Assembly: GCA_963700635.1 (NCBI GenBank)
Contig: CAVOYH010000004.1
Span: 64,001-128,000 of the forward strand
Source of the DNA: an uncultured Bacteroidota bacterium
GTDB taxonomy: Bacteria > Bacteroidota > Ignavibacteria > UBA10030 > UBA6906
Reading direction: 5' to 3'
Length of the DNA stretch: 64,000 nucleotides
Positions 40,819-50,543 of the stretch are shown here, piece after piece. Below the pieces are notes generated by a model. The model was not told the DNA's origin and did not search any database. It was given only the letters and a program-made list of their open reading frames with translations. A program made the translations under genes and the position numbers. Position 1 is the first letter of the stretch. Each line of letters starts with the position of its first letter.

Positions 40819-42113
40819 ACCTTCAGGATCTGCTGGGGCAGGAATCGACGGGGCTGGGGGACATTGCGGAAGGAAGAACTTCACCATCGCGGATGCGGGA
40901 TCTTGAAATGATCCTGAATGTTGTCCGCAAGATCAACACTTCCCTTGTCCTTTCGGATGTTCTGGAGCTGGTTCTCGACGAGGCAATCCGGATCACACGT
41001 GCAGAGCGTGGTTTTCTAATGCTCGCCGGCAATGACCGGGTTTTACAGTTTGTTGTCGGCCGTAATGCCGCGGGCGAGTCTATCCAGGCTGAAAGCTTTC
41101 AGGTGAGTTCGAGTGTGCTGGAAGACGTCTTCGCGACGGGTGAGTCTCTGTGCATCGAGAATGCGTTACACGACGAACGTTTTGAGCGAAGACAGAGCAT
41201 CATGAGTCTCGAGCTGCAGACGATCATCTGCAGCCCACTCCGGACGCCGGAGGACACGATCGGCGTTATCTACGTTGACAGCAAGTACATACAGGCCGTC
41301 GACAAGGCGGACACGCTCCATCTGTTTGAGATTCTGGCCGGTCAGGCGGCCATTGCCATCAAAAACGCGCGCCTGTATGAAGATCTCAAATCGACGTATG
41401 AGGACCTCAAACACGCCAATGCGCAGGTGATCAAGTCCGAACGCATGGCAATGAAAGGACAGATCGCCGGCGAAGTGAGCCACGAGCTCAAGAATATGAT
41501 CGCGATAGTGCTCCTGCAACTTGAAGTTCTCCGCTTGAAGCTTGACAGTTCCACGGTGGACGAGATCAGGTCGATGGTCGAGAAGACGGCAGACGGGGCG
41601 CGCAAGATCCGGGGATTTTCGGAAAGCCTGTTGACCAGGAATCGTTCCACCGACGCGGTGCTTCCCGTGAATCCCAATGATTTGTCACGAGACTTTTTTG
41701 ACTTTATCAAGGTGCTTCCCAAATTCAAGCACAACCAGCTTTCCCTGGTCCTCGGCGAAAACGTCCCACGGGTGCGGATGGATTTGGACCAGATTCAGCA
41801 GGTGCTTTTGAATCTTGTGAATAATGCCGTCGAGGCTTTTGCAGATGCCGCGATTGTTATCCAAACCGAATTCGATGCCGATTCAAACGTTGTCAGAATG
41901 TCCGTGCAGGATGACGGACCCGGCATCGATGACGCCATCAGAGATAAGCTCCTCAAGGAGATGGTCACCACAAAGATTGACGGCCATGGCTACGGGCTGC
42001 CCATCTGCCGTCAAATTATTGAACATCACGGCGGCACTATCCGAATCGACTCCTCAACGAATCGCGGTGCGAAGTTTGTCATGACATTCCCGGTGGACAC
42101 AGCAACGGGATAA
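40815..42113 (+). CDS. Cytoplasmic GAF-domain sensor histidine kinase
   Basis: GAF (AERGFLML...IICSPL...GVIYVDS...QAAIAIKNARLY); H-box SHELKN; N-box NLVNNA; G1 DDGPGI; G2 GHGYGL. Confidence 0.92.
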   Translation: MNLQDLLGQESTGLGDIAEGRTSPSRMRDLEMILNVVRKINTSLVLSDVLELVLDEAIRITRAERGFLMLAGNDRVLQFVVGRNAAGESIQAESFQVSSSVLEDVFATGESLCIENALHDERFERRQSIMSLELQTIICSPLRTPEDTIGVIYVDSKYIQAVDKADTLHLFEILAGQAAIAIKNARLYEDLKSTYEDLKHANAQVIKSERMAMKGQIAGEVSHELKNMIAIVLLQLEVLRLKLDSSTVDEIRSMVEKTADGARKIRGFSESLLTRNRSTDAVLPVNPNDLSRDFFDFIKVLPKFKHNQLSLVLGENVPRVRMDLDQIQQVLLNLVNNAVEAFADAAIVIQTEFDADSNVVRMSVQDDGPGIDDAIRDKLLKEMVTTKIDGHGYGLPICRQIIEHHGGTIRIDSSTNRGAKFVMTFPVDTATG

Positions 42114-42147
42114 CTATCCACGCACGGAAACGCGGCGAACAGGAAAA

Positions 42148-42981
42148 ATGACGACACCGATGAAGCAGACGCTACACGATCCGTTCTCTGATCAAAGCTC
42201 CGTCCAGATCGCGACACACACGGATATTGGAAACGTCCGGACCCTGAATGAAGACAGCATCGCCGTCGTGCCTTCCACCGATCCTGCACAGTCACGTATG
42301 GGGACAATGTTGATCGTGGCCGACGGTCTCGGTGGATACAATGCAGGAGACGTTGCGAGCAAGCTCGTCACGACGGCGTTGCCGGAACTGTATCGTTCTG
42401 GGACCGGCAAGGATTATGTATCCGACCTGATCAATGCCGTGCACGCGTGTAATGGGGTGGTGCGTAACGCCGCTGACATGTCAGAGCGTATGCGAGGAAT
42501 GGGAACAACGGTTGTGGCTGCGGTGCTTGTCGGACAGTACGTGATCTTTGCGCATGTGGGTGACAGCAGGGGATATTTGTTTCGGCGTGGAGAGCTGGTC
42601 CATCGAACCACGGACCATTCGTTACGAAACGTGGCTACGGGCCTGGTCGGAGGCGATGTGCCAGATCGTTTTTCGCATGTCCTCACCCGTGCGATCGGGC
42701 CGACGCCGGATCTTCTCGTTGACGTTACCGCCCATCGCCTCGAAAAAGACGACGTTGTCCTCTTGTGCTCCGACGGCTTGACAAATTGTGTGGGTGACGA
42801 CGTACTACGAACCATCGTGCTGGAGTATTCCCCTGCGGACGCGGCCCGGCTGCTGGTCAACATGGCGAATGATGAAGGCGGGGAGGACAACATCAGCGTG
42901 ATCGTCGCGCGAATCGAAAATCTCCCTGCACGCGACAGTGATGAAGCGTTGCTGGGAGTACAACCCTACCTCGTTCCCTAA
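42148..42981 (+). CDS. PP2C-family Ser/Thr phosphatase (Stp1/PrpC-like)
   Basis: TDIGNVRTLNED, VADGLGG, GMGTT, HVGDSRGY, LLCSDGL, GGEDNIS. Confidence 0.93.
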   Translation: MTTPMKQTLHDPFSDQSSVQIATHTDIGNVRTLNEDSIAVVPSTDPAQSRMGTMLIVADGLGGYNAGDVASKLVTTALPELYRSGTGKDYVSDLINAVHACNGVVRNAADMSERMRGMGTTVVAAVLVGQYVIFAHVGDSRGYLFRRGELVHRTTDHSLRNVATGLVGGDVPDRFSHVLTRAIGPTPDLLVDVTAHRLEKDDVVLLCSDGLTNCVGDDVLRTIVLEYSPADAARLLVNMANDEGGEDNISVIVARIENLPARDSDEALLGVQPYLVP

Positions 42982-43077
42982 GAATCCCCTCAGGAAACAT
43001 ATCGATGCCGCGTGACGTTCTCCCTCGAGGATCCGGCCGTGGGATTCAGAGCAATGGTCCTGCCGAGAGAACGTGAG

Positions 43078-43153
43078 TGGTAGCCTTAACGGGAATCGAA
43101 CCCGTATTTCGGCCTTGAGAGGGCCGCGTCCTAAACCGTTAGACGATAAGGCC
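43078..43153 (-). tRNA. tRNA-Glu (anticodon CTC), CCA encoded
   Basis: Reverse complement GGCCTTATCGTCTAACGGTTTAGGACGCGGCCCTCTCAAGGCCGAAATACGGGTTCGATTCCCGTTAAGGCTACCA folds as a cloverleaf. Confidence 0.95.
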
Positions 43154-43157
43154 AGGG

Positions 43158-43228
43158 CTGCCCCGCAAGGATTCGAACCTCGATAAACAGATCCAGAGTC
43201 TGCTGTCTTGCCGTTAGACGACGGGGCA
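43158..43228 (-). tRNA. tRNA-Gln (anticodon CTG)
   Basis: Reverse complement TGCCCCGTCGTCTAACGGCAAGACAGCAGACTCTGGATCTGTTTATCGAGGTTCGAATCCTTGCGGGGCAG folds as a cloverleaf; CCA not encoded. Confidence 0.93.
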
Positions 43229-43244
43229 ATCTATTTCGACCCTC

Positions 43245-43273
43245 AATCTACTAAAAGGAGTTCAGAATGTCAA
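43245..43273 (-). promoter_or_regulatory. Sigma70-type promoter of the tRNA-Gln/tRNA-Glu pair
   Basis: Minus strand TTGACA-17 bp-TAGATT just upstream of tRNA-Gln. Confidence 0.75.
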
Positions 43274-43289
43274 CTTTTGCGCCGTATTC

Positions 43290-43318
43290 TTGACTTTCCT
43301 CTCTAAATCTCCTATGTT
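43290..43318 (+). promoter_or_regulatory. Divergent sigma70-type promoter for the OmpA-family gene
   Basis: TTGACT-17 bp-TATGTT. Confidence 0.6.
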
Positions 43319-43360
43319 GATGCGTGTTCTTTCTGCCCATGACCGCCTGGAGGCGCAACG

Positions 43361-44901
43361 ATGTTCAGGATTCTCTCAACTATATTCGGCCTAAGCCTCT
43401 GCCTTTTGTTACTTACCGGGGGAGTAAACGCTCAACAAACTGAAGGACGGTGGGCGATCGGACTCTCCGGAGGTACGAATCTCTGGTTTAACGATCTTAA
43501 TCAAATGAAGCTCGGATTCGGAGGAGCGGCAACGGTCCGCTACGGATTCACTCCCGTATTCTCTCTGGGCCTCTTCGCCGGCATGGAGGAACTGAAGTCT
43601 TCTCAGTCCCCCCTCTCCCCGATCTGGCCTATTCCTATCTGAAAATCAACGCGTATCCTGTCGCGCTTTCGGCGTGGTTTCACCTTGCCCCGGGCAGCGG
43701 CTTCGCGCCCTACATCCGCATCGGCGGCGGTCTGATGGCATACCATCGAAAGACTGCCGGAAACCTGTACGCCCCGGACGACAAGATGCGTGCGACAATC
43801 ATCATTCCGCTGGGCATTGGCTTTGATATTTTTGCCTCAAAGAAGTTCGCGATAAATGTTGATTTTGGCGTCGCGACCATGTCCAACAAAATCGATCTCC
43901 GTGACAACTCTTCACCCGATGGATATGTCACAGGCCGGGTGGGATTTTCGTGGTATCCGGGATCGGGTGATGCGGATGACCGCGACGAGGATGGACTTAC
44001 CGACGGACAGGAACGCCGGCTGGGGACCGATCCGGAAAACCCCGACAGCGATGGTGATGGGTTGAACGACGGAGACGAACTCCGCCGCTACCGTACAAAT
44101 CCGCTGCGGTCCGACAGTGACGGCGACGGACTGACCGATGGGGATGAGGTGACGAAATACAAAACCGATCCCTCCCGGTACGACACCGACGGTGACGGCC
44201 TCTCCGACGGCGATGAACTGCAAAAGTACAACACCGATCCGACACGTGTCGACACTGACGGCGATGGCCTCACCGACGGTGACGAAATCCTCCGCCTGAA
44301 AACAGATCCGCTGAAGGTGGATACCGACGGTGACGGACTTTCGGACTGGGACGAAGTAAAATCCTATCGGACGGATCCAGCGAACCCGGATACCGACGGG
44401 GACGGTATTATTGATGGCGAAGAGGTTGCCAAGTACCGCACGAATCCGCTCAAAGCGGACTCCGATGGCGGGGGATTGATTGACGGTGCGGAAGTTATCC
44501 GGGGAACGAACCCCCTTGATCCCAAAGACGATGCAGTGAAAGAAACGATCGTCCTGGAACGAGGGAAAAACTTAATGCTCCAGGGGATCAATTTTAACAC
44601 CGGGAGCGCGACCCTGACGAGTGATTCCGAGGAGATGCTGGAAAGGGTGTTCGCCGGACTGGTGTCGAATCCGAAAGTCCGTGTGGAAATCGCAGGATAT
44701 ACGGACAATGTCGGCTCGCGGGTAGCGAATGAACAACTTTCCCAACGGAGGGCCGAGGCCGTTCGTGCGTGGCTGATCGCAAAGGGCATTGCCGCAAGCC
44801 GCCTGACTGCGCGCGGTTACGGTATCCGGAATCCTATCGACACAAACACCACGGCGGAAGGTCGTGCACGCAACCGCCGGATTGAGTTCCACGTGCAGTA
44901 A
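43361..44901 (+). CDS. OmpA-family protein: N-terminal barrel, acidic TSP3-like repeats, OmpA_C peptidoglycan-binding domain; apparent frameshift in the C-run at ~43610-43620
   Basis: Signal peptide in ORF 43361; remainder in ORF 43735 with GYTDNVG, LSQRRAEAV and GRARNRRIEF. Confidence 0.85.
43975..44532 (+). repeat. About eight tandem 23-aa (69-bp) acidic repeats, D/NPxxxDT/SDGDGLxDGxE
   Basis: Read directly in the translation, e.g. DPENPDSDGDGLNDGDELRRYRT, NPLRSDSDGDGLTDGDEVTKYKT, DPSRYDTDGDGLSDGDELQKYNT. Confidence 0.9.
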
Positions 44902-45051
44902 CAGCCCGCAGGGGGTGGATATTGAGAGTGAGAAATGTGGGCGGTTGGTGGTGGGCCACGCAATAAACTGAACATGCACGGTGCATGGTACCCATTGTTC
45001 GTGGTGCCGTGCACTTTGCGCTTTCGAACCCGGAGGCTTGCCGGCGTCGCT

Positions 45052-45080
45052 TTGACTTTCATCTCACCTTTTGGTACCTT
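45052..45080 (+). promoter_or_regulatory. Sigma70-type promoter for the psd operon
   Basis: TTGACT-17 bp-TACCTT with an extended TG. Confidence 0.55.
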
Positions 45081-45124
45081 GCCTTAATGAAACCCTGTTT
45101 TTCTCGCGAATTCGGACATCCGGC

Positions 45125-45784
45125 GTGATCACGCGCTACGGCTACGATGTGGTCGGGGTTGTTGGAATTGTGTGCCTGATCGGCATCAGTGCGGCCTGGT
45201 TTTTTATTGATGGGCGTGTGCTGAAAAGCGCCATTATTATTGTATCAATTGCCGTTCTGGTCTTCACGCTGTACTTTTTCCGCGATCCGGACCGGCAGCC
45301 TCCCGCCGGTGAACACCTTGTTCTTGCCCCTGCTGACGGCACCATTGTTCTGGTCCAGCACATACGCGAAGAAGCGTTCCTCCATGGTGAGGCAACCCAG
45401 GTAAGCATTTTTATGTCTCCCCTGAACGTGCACGTCAATCGCTGGCCGCTAAGCGGCGTGGTGGGGTACTACCAGCACATTCCGGGAGAGTACATTGTGG
45501 CGATGGATGAAAAGTCATCTCTGCGCAACGAGCGTACGCTAATCGGACTTGAACATGCGCAGGGGAAGATACTGTTTAAACAGATTGCGGGCTTTATCGC
45601 GCGCCGGATCGTTGCCCCGGTACAGGTGGGGGACAGGGCGGTGCGTGGAGAACGGTTCGGCATGATCAAATTCGGATCACGCGTAGATGTCCTGTTGCCG
45701 GCAGGGGCGGCGATCAAGGTCAAGGTCGGCGATCGAACCGTCGCCGGAGAAACGGTCGTGGCCCACATGCCACCCAACGGATAA
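45125..45784 (+). CDS. psd: Phosphatidylserine decarboxylase proenzyme
   Basis: FFRDPDR, APADG, SIFMSPLNVHVNR, QIAG and IKFGSRVD cleavage motif. Confidence 0.93.
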   Translation: MITRYGYDVVGVVGIVCLIGISAAWFFIDGRVLKSAIIIVSIAVLVFTLYFFRDPDRQPPAGEHLVLAPADGTIVLVQHIREEAFLHGEATQVSIFMSPLNVHVNRWPLSGVVGYYQHIPGEYIVAMDEKSSLRNERTLIGLEHAQGKILFKQIAGFIARRIVAPVQVGDRAVRGERFGMIKFGSRVDVLLPAGAAIKVKVGDRTVAGETVVAHMPPNG

Positions 45785-45788
45785 ACAG

Positions 45789-46556
45789 ATGAAGATAACA
45801 CGCGCCGTTGTCCCCAGCCTCTTCACCGTCCTCAACATGTTTTCCGGCTTTATGTCGATTATTCATGCGAGCCGGGGAGAATTTCTACCGGCGGCCTGGT
45901 TCATCATCCTTGCCGCCGGATTTGATGCCCTCGACGGCATCATGGCGCGCCTGACCAATTCTTCGTCACAATTCGGAGTCGAAATCGACTCCCTGTCAGA
46001 CGTCATCTCGTTCGGGGCCGCTCCCGCATTTCTGGTCTACCAGTTTGCGCTCATCCGGCTGGATGGACTCGGGGTCTTTCTGAGCTCCCTGTTGATGATT
46101 TTTGCCGGACTTCGCCTGGCCCGGTTTAACACGCAGCTTGTCGGGTTTGAAAAGGACCATTTTCTCGGGCTCCCCGTCCCCGCAAGCGCCATCACAATTG
46201 CGGCGTTTATCCTGAACGTCGTGAATGGTGTTGCAGGGTTTGAAGATCTCCGGTTGGCGGTGCTGCCGTGGCTCACCGTGGTGCTTTCCCTTCTGATGGT
46301 GAGCAAGGTGCAGTACGACACGCTCCCGAAAGTGTCACGCAAGGCTATCCGCAAAGAACCCTGGAAATTTGTCTTTGCTGTTCTCGGCATCATCGTTATT
46401 GTCGTTACCGGCGGGAACGCGATCTTCCCGCTGCTTGTCGTCTTTATCGCCCTGGGCCTCATCCGATACTGTATCTCGTTTGCCAGACGGATTTTTCACA
46501 CCGGGCCCCGGTTCGAGGAGGATGAACAGGTCGGTCATTCACGTGTCGACTCCTGA
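45789..46556 (+). CDS. pssA: CDP-diacylglycerol--serine O-phosphatidyltransferase
   Basis: DALDGIMARLTNSSSQFGVEIDSLSDVISFG; RLARFN; GLPVP. Confidence 0.93.
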   Translation: MKITRAVVPSLFTVLNMFSGFMSIIHASRGEFLPAAWFIILAAGFDALDGIMARLTNSSSQFGVEIDSLSDVISFGAAPAFLVYQFALIRLDGLGVFLSSLLMIFAGLRLARFNTQLVGFEKDHFLGLPVPASAITIAAFILNVVNGVAGFEDLRLAVLPWLTVVLSLLMVSKVQYDTLPKVSRKAIRKEPWKFVFAVLGIIVIVVTGGNAIFPLLVVFIALGLIRYCISFARRIFHTGPRFEEDEQVGHSRVDS

Positions 46557-46570
46557 ACAGGAGGTGTTCC

Positions 46571-46822
46571 GTGTTTCGTGCGACTATTCAGATTACACTG
46601 CGTCCATCTATTCTCGACCCGCAGGGGAAAGCGGTCGCGCACGCCGTGTCCACCCTGGGCGTAATCGGCGTGCATGATGTGCGTATGGGAAAACATGTGG
46701 AAGTGACGTTCGACGGGCTGACGGAGCCGGAAGCCCGCCAGGCAACGGAAGAGATCTGCAAGAAACTTCTGGCGAATCCGGTGATGGAAGACTACCGGTT
46801 TGACGTGGAGAAGGTGCCGTGA
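46571..46822 (+). CDS. purS: Phosphoribosylformylglycinamidine synthase subunit PurS
   Basis: [24 protein letters not shown]. Confidence 0.95.
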   Translation: MFRATIQITLRPSILDPQGKAVAHAVSTLGVIGVHDVRMGKHVEVTFDGLTEPEARQATEEICKKLLANPVMEDYRFDVEKVP

Positions 46823-47586
46823 CACATACTCCGGTGCGTTTCGGGATTGTGGTCTTTCCGGGATCCAATTGCGATCATGATGCATACTATGTCTGCAAGA
46901 AGATCCTCGGACAGGACGCCGTGTTTCTGTGGCACAAGACGGCGGACCTGCAGGGCGTTGATGTTGTGATTCTTCCCGGAGGATTCTCCTACGGTGATTA
47001 CCTCCGGTGCGGCGCGATCGCGCGCTTCTCGCCCGTGATGCAAGAAGTAACCCGCTTTGCCGCGCAGGGCGGACTGGTTCTCGGCATCTGCAACGGATTT
47101 CAGATTCTGGTGGAAGCAGGACTCCTGCCCGGCGTGTTGCTGCGAAACACATCGCTGCGCTTTGTCTGCAAATATGTCAACATCCGTGTGGAGAATGTCT
47201 TCACACCGTTCACGGCACAATGCGCGACCAATGAGGTGCTTTCCATTCCGATTGCCCATGGTGACGGGAACTACTTCGCCGACGACAAGACCATCCGCCG
47301 GCTGGAAGAGAACGGGCAGGTGGTGTTCCGGTATTGTACACCGGAGGGAGAAATCACACCGGAAAGTAATCCCAACGGTTCGCTGGGAAACATCGCCGGG
47401 ATCATGAACGAGCAAGGGAATGTCCTGGGTATGATGCCACATCCAGAACGTGCGGCCGATCCGGTGCTGGGACATACCGACGGCCGCAAGCTGTTTGCGT
47501 CAATACTTGAACACATCTTCTCCCGGACAACACCCCAGTTCCGGGGCGAAGAATTTACGGCAGTTATCGAGGAAGGCAGGAGGTAG
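46819..47586 (+). CDS. purQ: Phosphoribosylformylglycinamidine synthase subunit PurQ
   Basis: [40 protein letters not shown]. Confidence 0.96.
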   Translation: MTHTPVRFGIVVFPGSNCDHDAYYVCKKILGQDAVFLWHKTADLQGVDVVILPGGFSYGDYLRCGAIARFSPVMQEVTRFAAQGGLVLGICNGFQILVEAGLLPGVLLRNTSLRFVCKYVNIRVENVFTPFTAQCATNEVLSIPIAHGDGNYFADDKTIRRLEENGQVVFRYCTPEGEITPESNPNGSLGNIAGIMNEQGNVLGMMPHPERAADPVLGHTDGRKLFASILEHIFSRTTPQFRGEEFTAVIEEGRR

Positions 47587-47590
47587 TACA

Positions 47591-47791
47591 ATGGGAAATC
47601 TCGGCACAACAGAAATTCTTCTTATTGTTCTCGTGATCGTCATCTTCTTTGGCGCGCGCAAAATTCCCGAACTGGCACAGGGCCTCGGCAAGGGAATCCG
47701 CGAATTCCGGAAAGCCGCGAAAGAAGTGCAGGAAGATATCGACCTCGATTCCAAGAAAATTGATAATAAGTCGACGGATCAGAAAGGATAA
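47591..47791 (+). CDS. tatA: Twin-arginine translocase TatA/TatE subunit
   Basis: [42 protein letters not shown]. Confidence 0.93.
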   Translation: MGNLGTTEILLIVLVIVIFFGARKIPELAQGLGKGIREFRKAAKEVQEDIDLDSKKIDNKSTDQKG

Positions 47792-47796
47792 TCGCC

Positions 47797-47976
47797 GTGT
47801 TGTTTGACAACATCGGTGGTTCCGAGCTGGTGGTTGTTCTCCTGGTCCTCTTCCTGTTCTTCGGTCCGAAAAAACTTCCCGAAGTGGGAAAAAACCTCGG
47901 GAAGGCTGTTCGGGAAGTCAGGAACGCCATGCGCGGCGTTAAAGAGGACCTCCAGCGTTCCACCCGGATAGACTAG
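47797..47976 (+). CDS. Second TatA/TatB-family subunit, 59 aa, not in the ORF track
   Basis: Manual translation (M)LFDNIGGSELVVVLLVLFLFFGPKKLPEVGKNLGKAVREVRNAMRGVKEDLQRSTRID*. Confidence 0.88.
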   Translation: MLFDNIGGSELVVVLLVLFLFFGPKKLPEVGKNLGKAVREVRNAMRGVKEDLQRSTRID

Positions 47977-48033
47977 CCGGAACATTACTCCTCCCGCAGC
48001 GGGAGCACACGGTCTCTCCCCCATCCCGGATCT

Positions 48034-49479
48034 ATGGCAGCAGTGCACCCTGGGCTCACATACACCGACACACGCCAGGCGCTGGAACGCGGCGAAACGT
48101 CGTGTGAACGCGTGACAGAAGAATTCCTCCGTGCTATTCACGAAGGGAAAAGACTGAATGCGTTCCTGAACGTCTTCGGCGATTCAGCTCTCGAGCGTGC
48201 ACGGCACATCGACAGGAAGCGGGCCGGAGGGATTGCCGGAAGGCTCGCCGGCATGGTGGTGGCGGTCAAGGATGTGCTCTGTATACGCGACCAGCGTGTG
48301 ACCTGCGCATCGCGCATGCTGGAGGACTTTGTTGCGCCGTATGATGCTACGGTGGTCGAACGGCTTCAGGACGCCGATGCAATCCTGATCGGGAAGACTA
48401 ACCTGGACGAATTCGCCATGGGGTCTTCCACTGAGAACTCCGCGTTCGGTCCGGTGCGAAATCCGATCAATGAAGACCATGTGCCCGGTGGCTCAAGCGG
48501 GGGCTCATGTGTCGCCGTCGCGGCAGGAATGTCACACACTGCCCTGGGAACCGACACCGGAGGTTCCATTCGCCAGCCTGCTTCGTTCTGCGGAGTTGTG
48601 GGGCTCAAACCGACCTATGGACGGGTTTCGCGCTACGGCATGGTGGCCCTCTCTTCTTCGTTTGATCAGATCGGACCGTTTGCACATAGTGTGTCCGATG
48701 CAGCGCGGGTCTTGCAGGTGATTGCCGGCCATGACACGCGGGATTCGACTTCCGCCCGTATTCCGGTGCCGGATTTCGTCGCAACACTGAACGGAAACGT
48801 CCGGGGGCTGCGCATCGGACTCCCCCGCGAAGCCTTCGCGGAAGGCCTGGATGATGAAGTCCGGGTTGCCATCGAGGAAACGGTCGAGAAGCTGCGCCAC
48901 CAGGGCGCCGAAGTCCATGACGTCACCCTGCCACACGCGCGTTACCATATATCGACATACTACATTCTGATGACCGCGGAAGCATCTTCAAACCTGGCCC
49001 GTTATGACGGCGTCCGGTACGGAATGCAGAGCCAGAGCGCGCGTGACCTTACAGATCTGTATGTTCGCTCAAGGAGCGAAGGATTCGGGTCCGAAGTCAA
49101 ACGGCGTATCATGCTGGGCACCTATGTGCTCTCCGCGGGGTACTACGACGCGTACTACCGGAAAGCCCAGAAAGTACGACGATTGATACAGAACGATTTC
49201 TTTGAAGCGTTCCGGACCGTGGACTGTCTGTGTATGCCGACCGCCCCGACCACGGCGTTCCGGTTCGGCGAGAAGATACAGGACCCCATGTCCATGTATC
49301 TCTCGGATATTTATACCGTGTCGGCTAATCTGGCAGGCGTGCCGGCGATCAGCGTCCCGTGCGGGAACACCCGAAACGGGATGCCGATAGGAGTACAATT
49401 TGTAGGCAAACAATTCGACGAAACGACGATTCTCAATGCTGCCTCTGCCGTCGAACAACTTTTTCCCACTCACTCTTAA
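48034..49479 (+). CDS. gatA: Asp/Glu-tRNA amidotransferase subunit A
   Basis: [53 protein letters not shown]. Confidence 0.97.
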   Translation: MAAVHPGLTYTDTRQALERGETSCERVTEEFLRAIHEGKRLNAFLNVFGDSALERARHIDRKRAGGIAGRLAGMVVAVKDVLCIRDQRVTCASRMLEDFVAPYDATVVERLQDADAILIGKTNLDEFAMGSSTENSAFGPVRNPINEDHVPGGSSGGSCVAVAAGMSHTALGTDTGGSIRQPASFCGVVGLKPTYGRVSRYGMVALSSSFDQIGPFAHSVSDAARVLQVIAGHDTRDSTSARIPVPDFVATLNGNVRGLRIGLPREAFAEGLDDEVRVAIEETVEKLRHQGAEVHDVTLPHARYHISTYYILMTAEASSNLARYDGVRYGMQSQSARDLTDLYVRSRSEGFGSEVKRRIMLGTYVLSAGYYDAYYRKAQKVRRLIQNDFFEAFRTVDCLCMPTAPTTAFRFGEKIQDPMSMYLSDIYTVSANLAGVPAISVPCGNTRNGMPIGVQFVGKQFDETTILNAASAVEQLFPTHS

Positions 49480-49491
49480 CTCCAGACACCT

Positions 49492-50505
49492 ATGAGCATC
49501 CTTGTCGACAAATCCACGCGCCTGGTTGTGCAGGGCATTACCGGTGGTGAAGGAACATTCCATACCAAACAAATGCTGGAATACGGCACAAGGGTCGTTG
49601 CAGGCGTCACTCCCGGCAAGGGAGGGATGGTGTACAAGGGAACGACAAAAGACCCGTTCCCCCGTGAGGTGCCGGTTTTTAATACGGTGGCCGACGCCGT
49701 GGCCGCAGCCAGAGCGAACACCTCCGTGATTTTCGTCCCGGCGATGTTTGCGTCCGATGCGATCATTGAAGCGGCGGATGCGGGAATAGGCCTCATCGTG
49801 TGTATCACGGAAGGTCTTCCGACCCGTGACATGCTGACGGCGTACGACTATGTGGTACAACGAGGCGTGCGGCTCATCGGCCCGAACTGTCCCGGCATCA
49901 TTTCTCCCGGACTCTGCAAGGTGGGGATCATGCCCGGATTCATCCATAAGCAGGGATCTGTCGGCGTGGTGTCACGGAGTGGTACACTCACGTATGAAGC
50001 CGTCTGGCAACTCACGGAGCGCGGCATCGGTCAATCAACATGCATCGGTATTGGCGGTGATCCGGTGATCGGAACACAGTTTATCGACGCGTTGAAACTG
50101 TTTCATGAAGATCCCGGTACGAAGGGTGTGATCATGATCGGCGAAATAGGGGGATCAGCCGAAGAGGAAGCTGCCGCCTATGTGAAGAAGTTCATGAAAA
50201 AACCGGTCGTCGGCTTTATTGCCGGGCGTACTGCACCCCCCGGCCGCCGGATGGGTCATGCCGGGGCGATCATCTCGGGGGGAAAAGGGACGGCACAGGA
50301 GAAGATGGATGCCATGCGAAAGGCCGGCATCCATGTCGTGGAAAGTCCGGCCCTTCTCGGCGAGACAATGGCCAGGGCCCTGGGAGTGGGCAAAACCGGG
50401 ACCACGGGGAAGGCCCGAAGGAAGACACAGCCCCGTACGAAGGTAGCAAAGAAAAAAACAGTGAAGAAGAAGGTCACCACGAAGGCCGTAAAACGGCGCA
50501 AATAA
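49492..50505 (+). CDS. sucD: Succinyl-CoA ligase alpha subunit with Lys/Arg-rich C-terminal tail
   Basis: [22 protein letters not shown] and RMGHAGAI (phospho-His) motifs. Confidence 0.96.
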   Translation: MSILVDKSTRLVVQGITGGEGTFHTKQMLEYGTRVVAGVTPGKGGMVYKGTTKDPFPREVPVFNTVADAVAAARANTSVIFVPAMFASDAIIEAADAGIGLIVCITEGLPTRDMLTAYDYVVQRGVRLIGPNCPGIISPGLCKVGIMPGFIHKQGSVGVVSRSGTLTYEAVWQLTERGIGQSTCIGIGGDPVIGTQFIDALKLFHEDPGTKGVIMIGEIGGSAEEEAAAYVKKFMKKPVVGFIAGRTAPPGRRMGHAGAIISGGKGTAQEKMDAMRKAGIHVVESPALLGETMARALGVGKTGTTGKARRKTQPRTKVAKKKTVKKKVTTKAVKRRK

Positions 50506-50543
50506 CAGTTCATTCATAACTTCAATTCCTTTTGGTTTCCACT

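Noticed and set aside
27559-43153. Signalling cluster as a tRNA-integrated genomic island
   Set aside because: The tRNA-Glu 3' end faces the cluster, but I saw no integrase, no duplicated tRNA 3' end and no obvious compositional shift.
43975-44532. Periodic GACGG-rich repeats as a CRISPR array
   Set aside because: They are in-frame, 69-bp coding repeats that vary at synonymous positions; there are no identical repeats with unique spacers and no cas genes.
44970-45015. TGCACGGTGC...GTGCCGTGCA hairpin as an ncRNA or riboswitch
   Set aside because: A single hairpin upstream of the predicted promoter with no recognisable aptamer motif; more likely a 3' UTR structure of the OmpA gene.
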